A stretch of 59,181 nt of DNA, filler included, from Circinaria calcarea (GCA_051942165.1; 7 parts of 7 records of this genome joined end to end with filler, not necessarily neighbours in it), one strand, 5' to 3'. Positions 38,193 through 50,746 are shown, counted from the whole stretch's first letter. A program made the numbers and translations. Notes: a model not told the origin generated them from the letters alone.

Positions 38193-41100
38193 ATGGATCC
38201 CCTCAGCGTATTAGCCTCTACTGCTGCTCTTTCTCATGTTGTGCACAATCTATATGGAATCTGCAATAGCATACGGAAAGAAACCGAAGAACGCAAAGTA
38301 CTTGGCAGAAGTTTAGACCTTGTGCAATCCATCATCACAGCCTTGGATCGCCGCAAACAGGGCTCTAAGCTCGGACAGGAATGGTATCAAGGTTTGAAAG
38401 CTCTGGAAACGCCTCAAGGGCCTCTTGAACAGCTGAAAAAGGCTTTGGAAGACTTAGAAGCGGAGTTGAAGGCCACTCAAGAGGGCTGGAGGAGACTGGG
38501 CCAGAAGGTCCGCTGGCAATGGGATAAAGAAAAGTTTAGAGGCACTCTCGCAGATATCGATGATTTGTGTCGTAGAATCGATGTCGTACTAAGTCAAGAT
38601 CAGTGGACTCTATCCGTCGCCCATTATGATCTGTCAGCTCACCAGCAAGAGAAACAACAGAGGGACGAGGACGAAGCATTGAAACGAGAAATCGTGGCCT
38701 GGCTATCGCCACTCCACTTTCTAGCCAGGCAAAAAGAGATTTTTGAGAATAGTTTCCCAACCGGGGACCTACTATTAAAGTCCGATGAATTCAGGTGCGC
38801 TTATTTACTTTTGATTACGATAAGGAAGTCTACCTACGTGGGAGACTTTTAAGCCAGATTTATTTCCGTCACCCTGTGTTTGCAGCTTACAGCTACTTAG
38901 GTATTGGACGGTAGGACGTCCTTGGCAACTTCGATGCTATGGTCAGCCGGGATCAGGCAAGGTATGTATTTGAATCAAAGCCTACTGAGTAAAATTTACG
39001 ATATGGCCAAGATGCATTTTCGTAAGTTTATGTCGTCCGCCTGATTGTCGAGACCATCCTTGCTAAGCCATGGTCGTTAGATATTCTACCCGATAGCCCT
39101 GCAACCTGCCCAAAATTTCCTGAATCTGACTCTTCTCCTAGACAGTGCTTTCATCCATAGTGGTGGATCATTTGCAGAGGAAGAGCCAGGATCCAATCAA
39201 CCCCGTAATCTGCCTTTATCTCAACGAAAAGGAGTCCCGGATTCACACACCAGAAAATCTTCTCGGAAGCCTGCTTAAGCAATTGGTTCAGCTTAGGGGA
39301 CCCGAGGCTATATCAGAGAAGCTTAAATCGGTATATCGGAGAGCGAAGAATATAGAAGCTCCTCCCGGACTCAAAGAAATTCGTCAGACTCTATCGGAAT
39401 ACATTGCAGATTACGACAGAGTCTATCTTATTGTGGATGGCCTGAATGAATGCTCATCATCGGCTCGACCGTTGCTAGAACATCAGCTTCTCCATTTGCA
39501 TAAGGAGAAACTGAGTTTATTGGTTACGTTGAGAAACGTCGAAGGCAGAGCTCTCGGTTTTATGGAATGCGACAAATGTCACAAGAGGGATATCAGAGTC
39601 TATTGGAATTGCGAGATTTGCCGCTCTCTACCAAACCATAAACGTTTCGACGTATGCCAAGGCTGCAAAGATAAGAATGTGACTTGCAATAAAGACAAAT
39701 CCCATGAGCTCTCAGAACCGTACACTAGAATTGAAGTTGAGGTGATAACCTCTGACGCTGATCTTAAACAATACATAGGATCCGAAATCGAGAAAGAAAT
39801 TGGGAACAAAGGGTCGGAGATCAGGGATCCGGGGAGATATCCAATGCGTCATGGTATATCAAAGTTTGGGAGAGAATGCGATGATCACCCTGACCTGGTA
39901 GAAGAAATTTTCACCGTTGTTGTTGCGAAAGCACAGGGTAATTTCATCTTTGCAAAGCTATATATGAATTCTCTGAAAGCCAAGAAAACCTTGAAAAAAA
40001 TCAAACAAGCCTTGGAGAACCTACCTGAGAAATTAGACAACCTATATGAGGACGCTTTGAAGCGAATCAAATCTCAAGAAGACCGCGAATCGGGTTCTGT
40101 CGCCATAAAGGTTTTGTCTATTGTTGCCCGCACGCATCGACCTCTCAGTTTTGCAGAGCTTAAGCATGGCTTAGTTGTTAAGGCTGGAGACACCGATTTT
40201 GATCCGGAGGAGGACTACGACAAGGATGATATACTAGCCATGACCCAAGGACTCGTTACTATTGGCAATGATGACATTGGCATTGTACGACTCTTCCACC
40301 ACTCCCTGCAAGTATATCTTACCGATAACAGTACTCGCTGGCTTCCCACGGCTGAGGTCGACATAGCCCACACGTGTTTAGCGTATCTCAAAGATTTGGA
40401 CGCTTTTTCAGAACCTTGTAAGGGAGCTGGAGATTTCGAAGGGAAGAAAAAGAAGTATCCGTTCATTGCATACGCTTCTCAATACTGGGGGGATCATGTG
40501 CGAGGAGCCATGTCTGATCCGGGCATTCAAAGTGCGACTATGGAGTTTCTCCAAGATCCCCAGCGTGTTGCGGCATACATACAAGCAGCATGGTATACTG
40601 CGCAGGGCTTTGACGGCTGGGATGTGCGTGAGGGAATTGATCCTCTCCATATATGTGCTTGGTTTGGACTATCCTCCATTATCAAGGCATTAGATGAAGA
40701 AGATGATGATTTCAACGTTCATGTTGGGGATAGTACGCACTGGCAGACGCCTCTGATGTACGCTTGTCGGAGAGGGCACATTGAGGTTGTGCGCCAGTTA
40801 CTGGAACTCAGCGATCGCCGAATTCAGCAAGGAACGCGGCTTGTGAATCTCGTCAGCGGAAGGGGACGGACAGCCTTGTTTGAATGTATCATGCAGAACC
40901 AGGAAGAGATTGCCGAGTTTCTTTTAACCAGAAAGGAGCTTGAGATCAATGCAGTTCAGGCCAAGGAGTCCAATCGTACAGCTCTCATGGTTGCTGCGCA
41001 ATTGGGACACACTAGGATCGTCCAACATCTACTTGGCCATCCAGATATTGATGTAAACCTTCAGGATACGTCAGGATACACGGCGCTATACATAGCCGCT

Positions 41101-42305
41101 TTCAAAGGCTTCCCAGATATCGTTGAGCTTTTATTGGGGAAAACTGGAATTGATGTCCGACGTGTCGATAATGAGGCCGGCCGTTCCGCCTTGACAATTG
41201 CTGCCGAGACAGACAGGCACGAGGTTGTTAAGTTGTTTCTGCAGCATGATATCGCCATGGCATCCCTCATGGATCATCATGGAGGTACTGCTATGCTACG
41301 CGGCATTGAGAAGCAGCGTGACTCAGTTATAAGGGTGATGCTGGAGTTTGATTTGGATTTTAACTGCATCGACAATAACAACCGCAGCCTGCTCCATGGT
41401 GTCAGTGCCGCGGGGTATTTCAATTTCATTCGCCTACTAAAAGTGAAAGGCGTCAATCAAGACGCTCAGGATAACGATGGTTTTACTCCGTTGCATGACG
41501 CCAGCATGAATGGCAGACCGCAAGCTGCAAAGGTCCTGCTTGAGGAATTAGGGGCGAATTCCAGCATCAACGATAACTATGGCAGGACGCCATTCAGGGT
41601 GGCCTGGGAATACGGACAGACACAACTCATGAGCATTCTCAAGGCGAACAACACGAACCCGCAGGCTGATCCTATGCTGGTCCCATCATCAGCGGAACTA
41701 CCTATTTGGGCACTCGTAAACCAAGGACGCTTAGACCTAATCACAAAAGCACTCACAACGAGGAAAAGCGACTTCAGCCAGAAAGAGCCCGGCACGGAAA
41801 ATAATATCTTACACTGCGCAGCAGAAGGAGATAGCATTGCCATACTCCAAACCCTCCTCCAGAACACCGACATATCTCCCGATGACATCAACCGGACAGG
41901 CCGCACGCCGTTACACCTAGCAGCTTACTATGGCGACTTAGCAACCGCCAGTGCCCTGATCGAGCACCACGCCAACCTTGACGTCCAGGATCTCTACACC
42001 TACACCCCTCTGTATGTAGCCCAGATGGAAAAGGGTTTGACCGTTGCAATCGCGTTGATTGAGGCAGGTGCGAAGATCGATGCGACCAAGATTGACGTGC
42101 AAGACATGTTCTTCGCCGCGGTGGAGCTTGGCAACGTGAAGGCGATAGGTATCTTACTTGCAACAGGGGCGGAGGTGCTGGGTAGGAACGAGGAAGGGCA
42201 GACGGCAATGCAGCTTGCCACAAAGGCGACTCATTCTGAGATGATCCAGCTGCTGGAGGTGGAAGAAGAGAAGGCGAGCGAGAAGAGGGGAGGCGAAAGG
42301 CAGAC
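38193..42305 (+). CDS. Fungal NLR-like STAND protein: helical N-terminal domain, NACHT with inserted Cys/His zinc finger, winged helix, ankyrin repeats (no stop before contig end)
   Basis: MDPLS-type N-terminus and introns 38795-38900 and 38962-39141. The spliced Walker A reads GQPGSGKT and Walker B reads YLIVDGLNEC. Further motifs: KAQGNFIFAKL, RPLSFAELKHGL, YPFIAYASQYWGDH and more than ten ankyrin repeats (TPLMYAC, TALMVAA, TPLHDAS, TPLHLAA). Confidence 0.92.
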
Positions 42306-42405
42306 NNNNNNNNNNNNNNNNNNNNNNNNNNNNNNNNNNNNNNNNNNNNTTAATTAATTAANNNNNNNNNNNNNNNNNNNNNNNNNNNNNNNNNNNNNNN
42401 NNNNN
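42306..42405. other. Artificial contig linker
   Basis: N44-TTAATTAATTAA-N44. Confidence 0.99.
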
Positions 42406-42998
42406 CCGTGTGTCGGATATGTTTTAGAATAGGATAAGCTGGAACTCGAAGTGAAGCTGCCATCATGTGGGGTATTCTCGGTCCTTGGACTCGGGAATGA
42501 GCTTGGGATTGGCACATTTGAATAGGGGGAAGTAGTGAGGTCTGGTAATTTCTGTAAGCTTGAGCTTTTCATGGATGATGTCCTACCACCCAAGGGATAC
42601 ATACCACCCGCACTTTGACCGAGTAGTGGCTTTATCAGATCGATGACTGCAGATAGCCGCAGCTTGATATTTCTGTTCTCGGCCTCGACAACTTCCTTCT
42701 GCTGGAGGACCTGGCGCAGCTCCTGATACGGCTGCTGAGAGGTCAAATCGCGAATCGTCCTTTCCAGCGTCTCGATCTGAGTTTTGGTCCTCTCCCTAAT
42801 GGCCCGCTGGGCTTCTCGATCATTTGCCCGCTTCTTGGCCAATTGATCCGGTGTGAGGTTGGCCACGCCTCGAGAGCCCGAGGCCGACCCTCGCCGCCTC
42901 TTGTTCGACCGAGGCGCGCTGGAGACGGTGTCGGTGGGGGAGGGCGCCGCGGTACTGGGCGACAGTCTGCCATCGTCTTTATGCGCGTGGTCGGACAT
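42406..42998 (-). CDS. bZIP transcription factor, fungal bZIP/DUF3425-type (3' truncated)
   Basis: Basic region and zipper LTPDQLAKKRANDREAQRAIRERTKTQIETLE. A probable intron starts GTATGT at 42604. Confidence 0.85.
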
Positions 42999-43582
42999 GC
43001 CCAGCAGGACTAAAATCCTGCCTACCTCATGAAGTTACTCCGCACCCTGCAATTGCGGTAATGCGTTGATGGAGGATGCTGTTTCGGTCAGGATTCATCC
43101 CCTTTCCCGCTCTGCTCGAGTCATGTTGGGCCGGATGAGGCTAGACGATAATATGATTATTCTCCGAGACGAGAGCTTATTGCCTTAGTCGAGGGAGCAC
43201 GCAGCACTGGTGACCGGAGAGAACCCTTGTTGAATTGGCACCCTGCCTTTCGATAGGTATACGATTATTATCAGCTAATCAACCTTTCCCTCCCGATCCT
43301 TCTCGTCAACTTTCCCGCTTACTTTGCTTCGACTCACAGAGTCATTGTGGTGGGCCGCGAGCTTGGCTCCAAAGAGGAATTTGTCCAACTCGACGACGAA
43401 CATCAGGGAGTTACATTCTACAATCACTAAACCGAAATTGCTCTTTGGAAGGGGGAATCCATTCGAATTCGCAGTAACTGGCCAAAGCTCTACATCAGGA
43501 GGAGCTCTATTCTGTGATTGAAACATTCATCTATCTCATCCTCAAGTACCCTCGTCTCGTACGACCTGCCCTGCACCAGGAC

Positions 43583-44697
43583 TCATTTTGCCAGTCCCGC
43601 TGCCTCCCACCCCCACGCTGCAACAAACACAGGATCTTCATTGAGGAACTTGGGCTGGTCATCCTGGAGATGGTTCGGAACAAATTCGAGGACGTCTCTG
43701 GATTTCTCGTCACCCGGCTTTCTCCAAGTACCACCACCGACGTAATGACTGGAGGTCATATAGAAGCAGATAGGAAGCTTGACAAGGCCCTCGAGTGCTG
43801 GGCCAAGGACTTCAGCCCTGCTTCCAAATCCAGCAACACACTTTGCGGATTGAACACATACATCGGCGTCCTCATAAATCGAAAAGCAAAGCCAAGCGGC
43901 GCCCCAGCGAAGTCAATGGCAAGGACGTTCTCTTATAACACTTCCCTCTCTTCTTCGAGGCAAGCCTCAAAGTTGATGTAATTCTCACATAGACCAAGAC
44001 CGTAAGGGGCAAACGCAGCCTGCAAGTTATTGGACTGGCGTGTGACATCGTGGCCCCATAGGCACTTGATGCCAGCATACTCGCAGGGGTCATAGGTGTC
44101 TTCATTATATCACGCCGGAACATTGGGCAGGACGGAGCGTGCAAGGTCAATGGCATGACGTAGGTGTTCCCGTGCCTTGTAACGTCGCTCAATCATCATT
44201 TTTCTGAGGGAAACACCGGCCGATGCCGGCAATCCAGCACTTTTCCGTGCAACGCGACGTAGTCGACGGAGTTTACCCTTGATTTGCTCCACGCCGCTGT
44301 TATATGGTGGTCTGGAGAAAAACTTTTAGTAGTTTAGTACAAGCAGGGCAAGAATCCTTCTTTACATGGGGTGCTGAGTTGACTGTAAGCTCGATTGTCG
44401 CATAAGTCCCACAAATCACCTTGATTCAGGCAATGTTATCTATAAATCCATCCTCGTTACGAATAGCTATCGCTTCTGCAGCGAGTGTGTAAGTCACGAC
44501 GTAAGTTTCAACGAATAATAAGGTGGGGAAGACACCCACGTGTGCCGGTCAAGGCAAAGCCAATACCAGGACCGTCCTAATGTCATGTCTTCCTCCTAAT
44601 CGATTTTGCAATATCATCCCCAGGAATCTCGAGAAGTCATACATAATGAATATACTCGCTAAAAGCAGATTCGTGCAAGTTGCAGCACATAAGCCAT
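43583..44697 (-). pseudogene. Decayed gene of an uncharacterised Pezizomycotina family with actin/Hsp70-like ATPase-fold motifs
   Basis: Reading through lesions gives GIGFALT..., RKSAGLPAS, PNVPA*YNEDTYDPCEYAG, AAFAPYGLGLCENY, EVL*ENVLAIDF, ITSVVVLGES and, after a frameshift, DPVFVAA. In-frame stops lie at 44110-44112, 43933-43935 and 43756-43758, and relic introns are present. The 5' boundary is approximate. Confidence 0.65.
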
Positions 44698-45269
44698 GAA
44701 AGAATTGACGATAGTAGGTAATGGAAGAATAGATACAGCTTATGGACAAAGCAAGTGACAAACCCAGTGGGAAGAGAAAGAAACAGTAGGCGGGAGAAGC
44801 ATGTGCTGATGGCGCCGGACATATAATCACACCGGCGATGAGGTTTGCTTAAATCATGAGGCCCTTTAGCCAGCGGCTCCCGAAACAGGGATAACGCCAT
44901 GACATCTTGAGAGATTGTAACTGCCAGCTGATTGTGATTGCATGCCGCCTGGATAAGCTGACTATGAATGCCTGTAATGGAAGATATCTTCAAACTCCGT
45001 ACACCCATGCAGCAAATAGGTCAAACCCATACTAACCCCTGAAACCTGCTTGAATTGCCCAAGTCTATTTTCAATAGAGGAGTACCCTCTCATATACAAA
45101 AGCTGGATATCTATATGCATTCCGGTCATATAGTAAAGAAGCCACGAAGCCCAGTAAGTCATGATGCCTGAGTTGATACGAATTTGCCCGAAGGATGTGG
45201 TATTGTACCCTACCCAGAACGCCGGCGCTGAATACAGATATTTATAACGTATCGGCTCTTTTGGATGAA

Positions 45270-46384
45270 TCACCCTATCATGTGGCCCATTTTGCCGATC
45301 TGGTACAGTTAGTTTAGTGTTTTAAATAGCTGCAAAAAGTAGGACTTACCTTGGTCCGTAAATAGTTCTCTATCTCCACGCCCTTTATGCCCTGCCCGCT
45401 GCCCTTTTTCCAAGCCAGGGGCACCATTGCTACTCTTTCCTTAACGACGATTTCTCGTTTAGGACCTTCAACTGCGCGAACCTTGTCGGGATTGTTCGTG
45501 AGAAGCCTAATACCAGCATCACCCCCAAGTCCAAGATCCAGTAAAATTGCCGTGGCGAGCCCATAACTCCTCGCATCTGCAGGATGCCGCAGCAGTAGAT
45601 TCGCTTCTACAGTGTCTGACCCTAAGTCTTGAAGGTTATAGGCCTTAAGTTTTTCTCCAAGACCAATCCCTCGCCCTTCCTGCCGCAGATACACAATCAC
45701 ACCGCCAGAAGAAGATGGGAGGGACATCAATCGAGCTGCCTCATCTAATTGCTCGCCGCAATCGCATCGAGCAGACCAGGCAGTTTCTCCTGTGTAGCAC
45801 TCGGAATGTATCCGAACAAGGGGTGCTAATTTGTTCGACGGTAGTGCCAGCAAAGAAGACGGAGCTGAGGTAGGGCCTCTAACTCTCTGTTGTATGGGTT
45901 GCGGCTCTAGGCGACTTGACGTCCTTCCCGGATGTAGCCTACCGGTATATGCTCCTCGTATCATGCGATCAAGTTCCGTTTCGCCAGGCCGTGGAGCGTC
46001 TAAAGACCTGGACCGTATTTCTTGTCCGAAGACGATGGCGAGATGCTCTTTGTCATCCACATTATTTTGGTATAGGTGCAGGAACATTTCAGCGCCAGTC
46101 ACCGTAGGGATCCTAGCCCGAACTACGCAATTGACTTCTGGGAGTGTCTCGAGGAGCTTAGGAGGCTTCTGATTTGTAGTGTCGACTGGTACAGACTCCG
46201 CCTCCCTTTGCAACGCCGGGGTACCTGTTCCTGGTGTTGCTGGCGGAGTGAAGGCGGGGCTAAGGAGCGTCGCAGGTGGGGAGTCGGTTCTGTCATGATC
46301 GAGGCGATAGTGCGATATTGATTTCGCTGATAGTGGTCGGGGTGAGTAAACGGGCGATGCGTGTGAAGGAAGGAGCTCTGGCAT
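45270..46384 (-). CDS. RIB1: GTP cyclohydrolase II
   Basis: Motifs [42 protein letters not shown] and RLLTNNPDK. Intron 45300-45349 precedes a last exon IGKMGHMIG*. Confidence 0.96.
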
Positions 46385-46902
46385 TGCGGTTTGAGAGATT
46401 ATTCAGGTGTGCATATATGTTGTACCTAACGACGAACAAGAATGAAGGTTACTCTATAAATTCCGTGGCCGATGACGAAAAGTGATCCCGTAAGCAGGTG
46501 TCATTGCTGAATCATTTAGATAGATGTACATCCTACAGCTTCCAGAACTGCTATAATCACGTTGGGTATATTTAGAAGTCTCCTTCATGTAAATGAAATG
46601 TTACTATTCCTCACTTCCACAACCTAACCAACCAATGAGTCTACATTGGACCACCCGTGGTGGATTTATAATTGCAATAAGTGACGATCCTTGACGTGTG
46701 CCCCGTAACCGTTAATCTATACTGAGTCCTCTCATGAATCTTTGAGTGTTGTAATACACATTGAACACAGGATATCTTGGGACCAAACGCCCTTCGTTAT
46801 GCATCACAATCGCATCTCCCAGTTCCATCCTGGGACTAGTATCACAACCTCTCCAAGTATCAAAGACATCATAGGAAATGCGAGCGGCAATTTGCAGGAT
46901 GA

Positions 46903-49785
46903 CTAGGCTGCGACGGTTGTCGTGCGGCCCAATTCACGAGCACGATTTATTTTCCTTTGCTTTTGTGAACCTGGCCTCGCAAGGGTATATCTAGCAAAAC
47001 ATTAATGATTACATTCATGGCATTTCACAGGAGAAGCAACTTACTTCGCAAATGCCCTGGCAAGCGCTTTCTTGCAACTGACTTTCTGGCTGCCCACAAA
47101 GCTATCGACAGTAACAGCAATGGCGCGGTCAATATCTTGTGACGTGCAGTACTCGGAGAGTCGCATCTTACAAAATGCCTCGCTGATACGCATGATGGCC
47201 TCTAAATGGCGAACCTGGAAGCAAGGGTTTAAAAACTAATCTTCAGTAGGAGAATGCAGATAGGTTACTCACAGTAATGGGGTATGCACCAGTGGCTAGA
47301 GACTCTCGCCTCATATCCGCAAATAGCCTTGCTACCTTATCCTGATCAATCTGGTAAAGTTTCGGGACACATTTCTCTCGCGCATAGAGAATGTACTTCC
47401 TCAATAACTCTTGCGGTATCTCTCCTTCTTGTTTTGGCTCCCCACCGTTAATCTGCTGGTCTCGAATCTCCCCGTTATGCTCGATATCCATAGCGGTCTG
47501 ATTGGCATCTGAGGAGTTCGCTGAAGGATGAGCACGCCCATGTGAGTTAACGACAAATTTTGCGAGACGCTCGTCCTCTATAGGATCGACCGTGTCCCGG
47601 ACAACACACAAGATATCGAACCGAGAAAGGATAGGTTCGGTAAGCTCGACATTTTGAGAGAAGGGGATCGTGCTATTGTAGCGGCCGCCGATAGGATTAG
47701 CAGCTGCAATTATGGCGCAGCGAGCCTGAAGCGTCGTTACTATGCCTGCTTTGGATATCGAGATGGTCTGCTGTTCCATAGCTTCGTGGATGGAGGTGCG
47801 ATCTTGGTCGTTCATTTTATCGAACTCGTCAATGAGGCAAGTTCCTCGATCAGCGAGTACAAGGGCACCACCCTCTAACGTCCATTCGCTGGTGATGGGA
47901 TCCCGTCGAACACTAGCAGTCAAACCCACAGCACTGGCCCCTTGGCCAGTAGCAAAAACTGCGCGATGCGCAGTCTTCTCTATGTACTTTAGTACCTGGG
48001 ACTTTGCGGTCCCAGGATCACCAAGAAGAAGAATGTTGATATCACCACGAATCTTATGTTTCCCCTGAGCCTCCTTACTGACGCCTCCGAACAATGACAG
48101 CGCTACAGCAGTCTTGATGTCTGTATGTCCGTAGATGCTGGGAGCGATGGACGCAACAATCTTGTCAACAATTTGGGGATCTCTGGATAATGCCCGAATT
48201 TCTCTCTCGTCTTCTTCTGTGAGGCGAAAGCCTGCCAATTGATCATGCGACTTCACCACATGATTAGCTTCAAGGATGGTAGCAAAGACAGGAAATCCGT
48301 TCCGATTGTTGAGTTGGGCGTCGTAATTGTTGCGGTAGATGCCGGTCACTTCTATCTCTTCCCCAGGCTTGGCTGAATCAATGAGATCCCATAGAAGGAT
48401 GACTTCTCGATGACGCGGTAGTCGACCGGCCGGTACGGTGCCGGGCGACTCTTGAAGAGTCAACTTTTGGTAGTTGCGGTAGACGGTTTTCTCCGAGTTT
48501 ACAGTAAAAGGACCGCGAGATTGACAGTTCTGACAATAATTGATGCGAACTTCGACATTCGATTCTTGTTCGAATGGACCTAGAGTAACGCCACATTTGG
48601 TGCAATCAAACTTGACTTGCTTGAGTTGTGGAAACACTCCTGTTCTTCGAGTGACGACACCGCTGACTCGGACAAGGCAATTGAGATGGGTTTGGCGCAG
48701 TTGTCGGAGAGTATAATGTACGGGTAAGTCGGAAATTCGAACGTGAATCTCTGAATGGATTCGCTCGTAGTCAGGATAATGGAGTAGGGTCACATCCATA
48801 GCGACCTTATCAAATATGCTAAGCACTTCTGCCGGTGCATTGGCGAGGAAATATGCGAGGATAGCTTTCGATGCGGACAAGTGATCATAAGAGACCTCTA
48901 ATGACTCCGCATTAACTTCTCCTAGAGTCCTTACACGAGTGCCATAAACTGACGTTCCGTTGTCATCGGTATACTCGGTCAGGAATGTTTTGAACTCTCT
49001 GAAGATAGTACGGTAAACCGCTGGTTGAGCGACCCAATCAGTTAGGCTTGAAGCTTTTACATCTTGTAGAGTTTCAAGAGACAGCTCTTCCTCCATAATG
49101 TCGTCGGCCATATCTTCGTCCTCTTGGTCCTCGTCGTAGTGATGTCTTCTACGTCGCGGTTGCCTAGTGAGGTCAAGTTCGCCCTCGTCATCGTCGTCCT
49201 GAAGGAATGCAGCTGGTAAACGTCGTCTCCTTGCAAGTTCCCTATCGCGCTTATTCAGGCGTGCTTCTAGTTGTCTCCGAGTAGCCACGTCAAGGTCATC
49301 GTAGTCTCCCTCATCGTCGATATCAGCGCCAGCATAAGTATCATTCTCTCGTGATTTGTAGTCCCGTTCGAAATTGTCTGCGAACAAGTCGATTCCGTCC
49401 TCGTCTTCCGCCATTTCATCTGCGTCGTCAATGTCACCAATAAGATCGTTCTCCGGATCCATTCCGTCGTCTTGTTCACCGTCGAGTGGCAACATTGGAG
49501 GAGAAGATGGTGGAGCTACTGGCGTATTAGTGGTGATCGAGATAGTAAGATGAACATCAAGACTCACGGCTGGAAGGAGGGGCGACAGATGAAGAAGGGA
49601 TGTCATCGTCTGGCTCTCTTGAGCGCTTTCGCCGGGTCGTATTCGACATGCCTCGATTGGCGGCAGCCATATTTGGTCGAAGTGGTGAGCTGGAGAGTGT
49701 CAGTGGAATTTCCCTTTGATTACAACTCTGTTCGCCGGTTTGTGCCGGATAATGGAATTATAAAAAATAACTCGATTCACCTCAT
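46903..49785 (-). CDS. MCM2: DNA replication licensing factor Mcm2
   Basis: Spliced start MSSPLRP and an acidic histone-binding N-terminus. Zn finger CTKC..CQNC, Walker A GDPGTAKSQ, IDEFDKM and arginine finger ILSRFD. The terminal exons run VRHLEAIMRISEAF...TTVAA*. Confidence 0.97.
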
Positions 49786-49903
49786 TAGTGTCAAATGTAG
49801 CCGTTGCCTGAATGTAGAAGGGCGATTAAATAAGTTGAGGAACGTTGCGCAGGAGATGTGTGATCTGGCAAAGTCAACGACGGGGGAGGGAAGAGATGAG
49901 AGT

Positions 49904-49913
49904 ACGCGACGCG
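49904..49913. promoter_or_regulatory. Tandem MCB-like (ACGCG) cell-cycle elements in the MCM2/MLO2 bidirectional promoter
   Basis: ACGCGACGCG about 120 bp upstream of the MCM2 ATG, within a 294-bp divergent intergenic region. Confidence 0.65.
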
Positions 49914-50079
49914 CCGCAACTTCCAATCACGAAATCCAAAACCACTTTACGCCCTTTTCGGGGGGGTTTGGACGGAAAGTGTATTCGCTGTTACAGCCAA
50001 CTCCTAAGCCCATAGACAGTCAACACATATATTGTCATCACCTAAAGCTGAGACAATTGTTCTGCTCATCACTTCCATC

Positions 50080-50746
50080 ATGGAACCAACATTGAGAGGC
50101 GCATCAAATGTAGAGGAAAATGTCCCTCAGGCTGAAACCCAGCCATCAATTAACGGCGAACCTTCAAGTGATTCACAGACTGCTTCAGAGTGAGTATTGC
50201 TTTGAACAAAAGATTGACTACTAGCTGTCTTGCGCTGTATGCTAATAGAAACTGGCTAGGTTCATTAATAGCCAGCTCCAGCTCGAGATGGATGCGCGAG
50301 AGGCTCTTCCATACGTACGCAAAGCTCTTCTTTCCATTCCCTTCGAATATCATAGCTGATATGTGGTAGACTTTCGATCGATGCACGCAGCCATTAGGAC
50401 CCCTTCGCCAAAGCGTCTTCTCTTGTCTCACCTGTAATCCGCCGCCAGCCTCACCTTCAGAGCCATATAATCCCGCTGGCGTCTGTTATTCCTGCTCGAT
50501 TGCTTGCCATGGAGAGCACACGCTTGTCGAGTTATTTAACAGGCGCGACTTCACGTGTGACTGTGGAACCACCAGAATCCCCTCCATATCACCATGTACA
50601 CTACGAATCGATTCTGCCACTGGGAGGAAGGGCCCTGTCCACTCACAGACACCGGCAGAGGGCAACACATATAATCACAACTTCCGGAATAGATTTTGCG
50701 GCTGCGGGGAGTGGTATGATGCGCAAAAGCAGAAGGGAACAATGTA
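50080..50746 (+). CDS. mlo2: Mlo2/UBR7 UBR-box zinc-finger protein (3' truncated; absent from the ORF track)
   Basis: Exons 50080-50189, 50260-50314 and 50370-contig end. They read SQTASEFINSQLQLEMDAREALPY-TFDRCTQPLGPLRQSVFSCLTC...AGVCYSCSIACHGEHTLVELFNRRDFTCDCGTT...NTYNHNFRNRFCGC. Confidence 0.92.

Noticed and set aside
43514..43981. 155-aa plus-strand ORF
   Set aside because: It is the antisense shadow of the minus-strand pseudogene.
49472..50095. 207-aa plus-strand ORF over the MCM2 5' end
   Set aside because: Non-ATG start, antisense to MCM2 exons and across the promoter, with no recognisable motifs.
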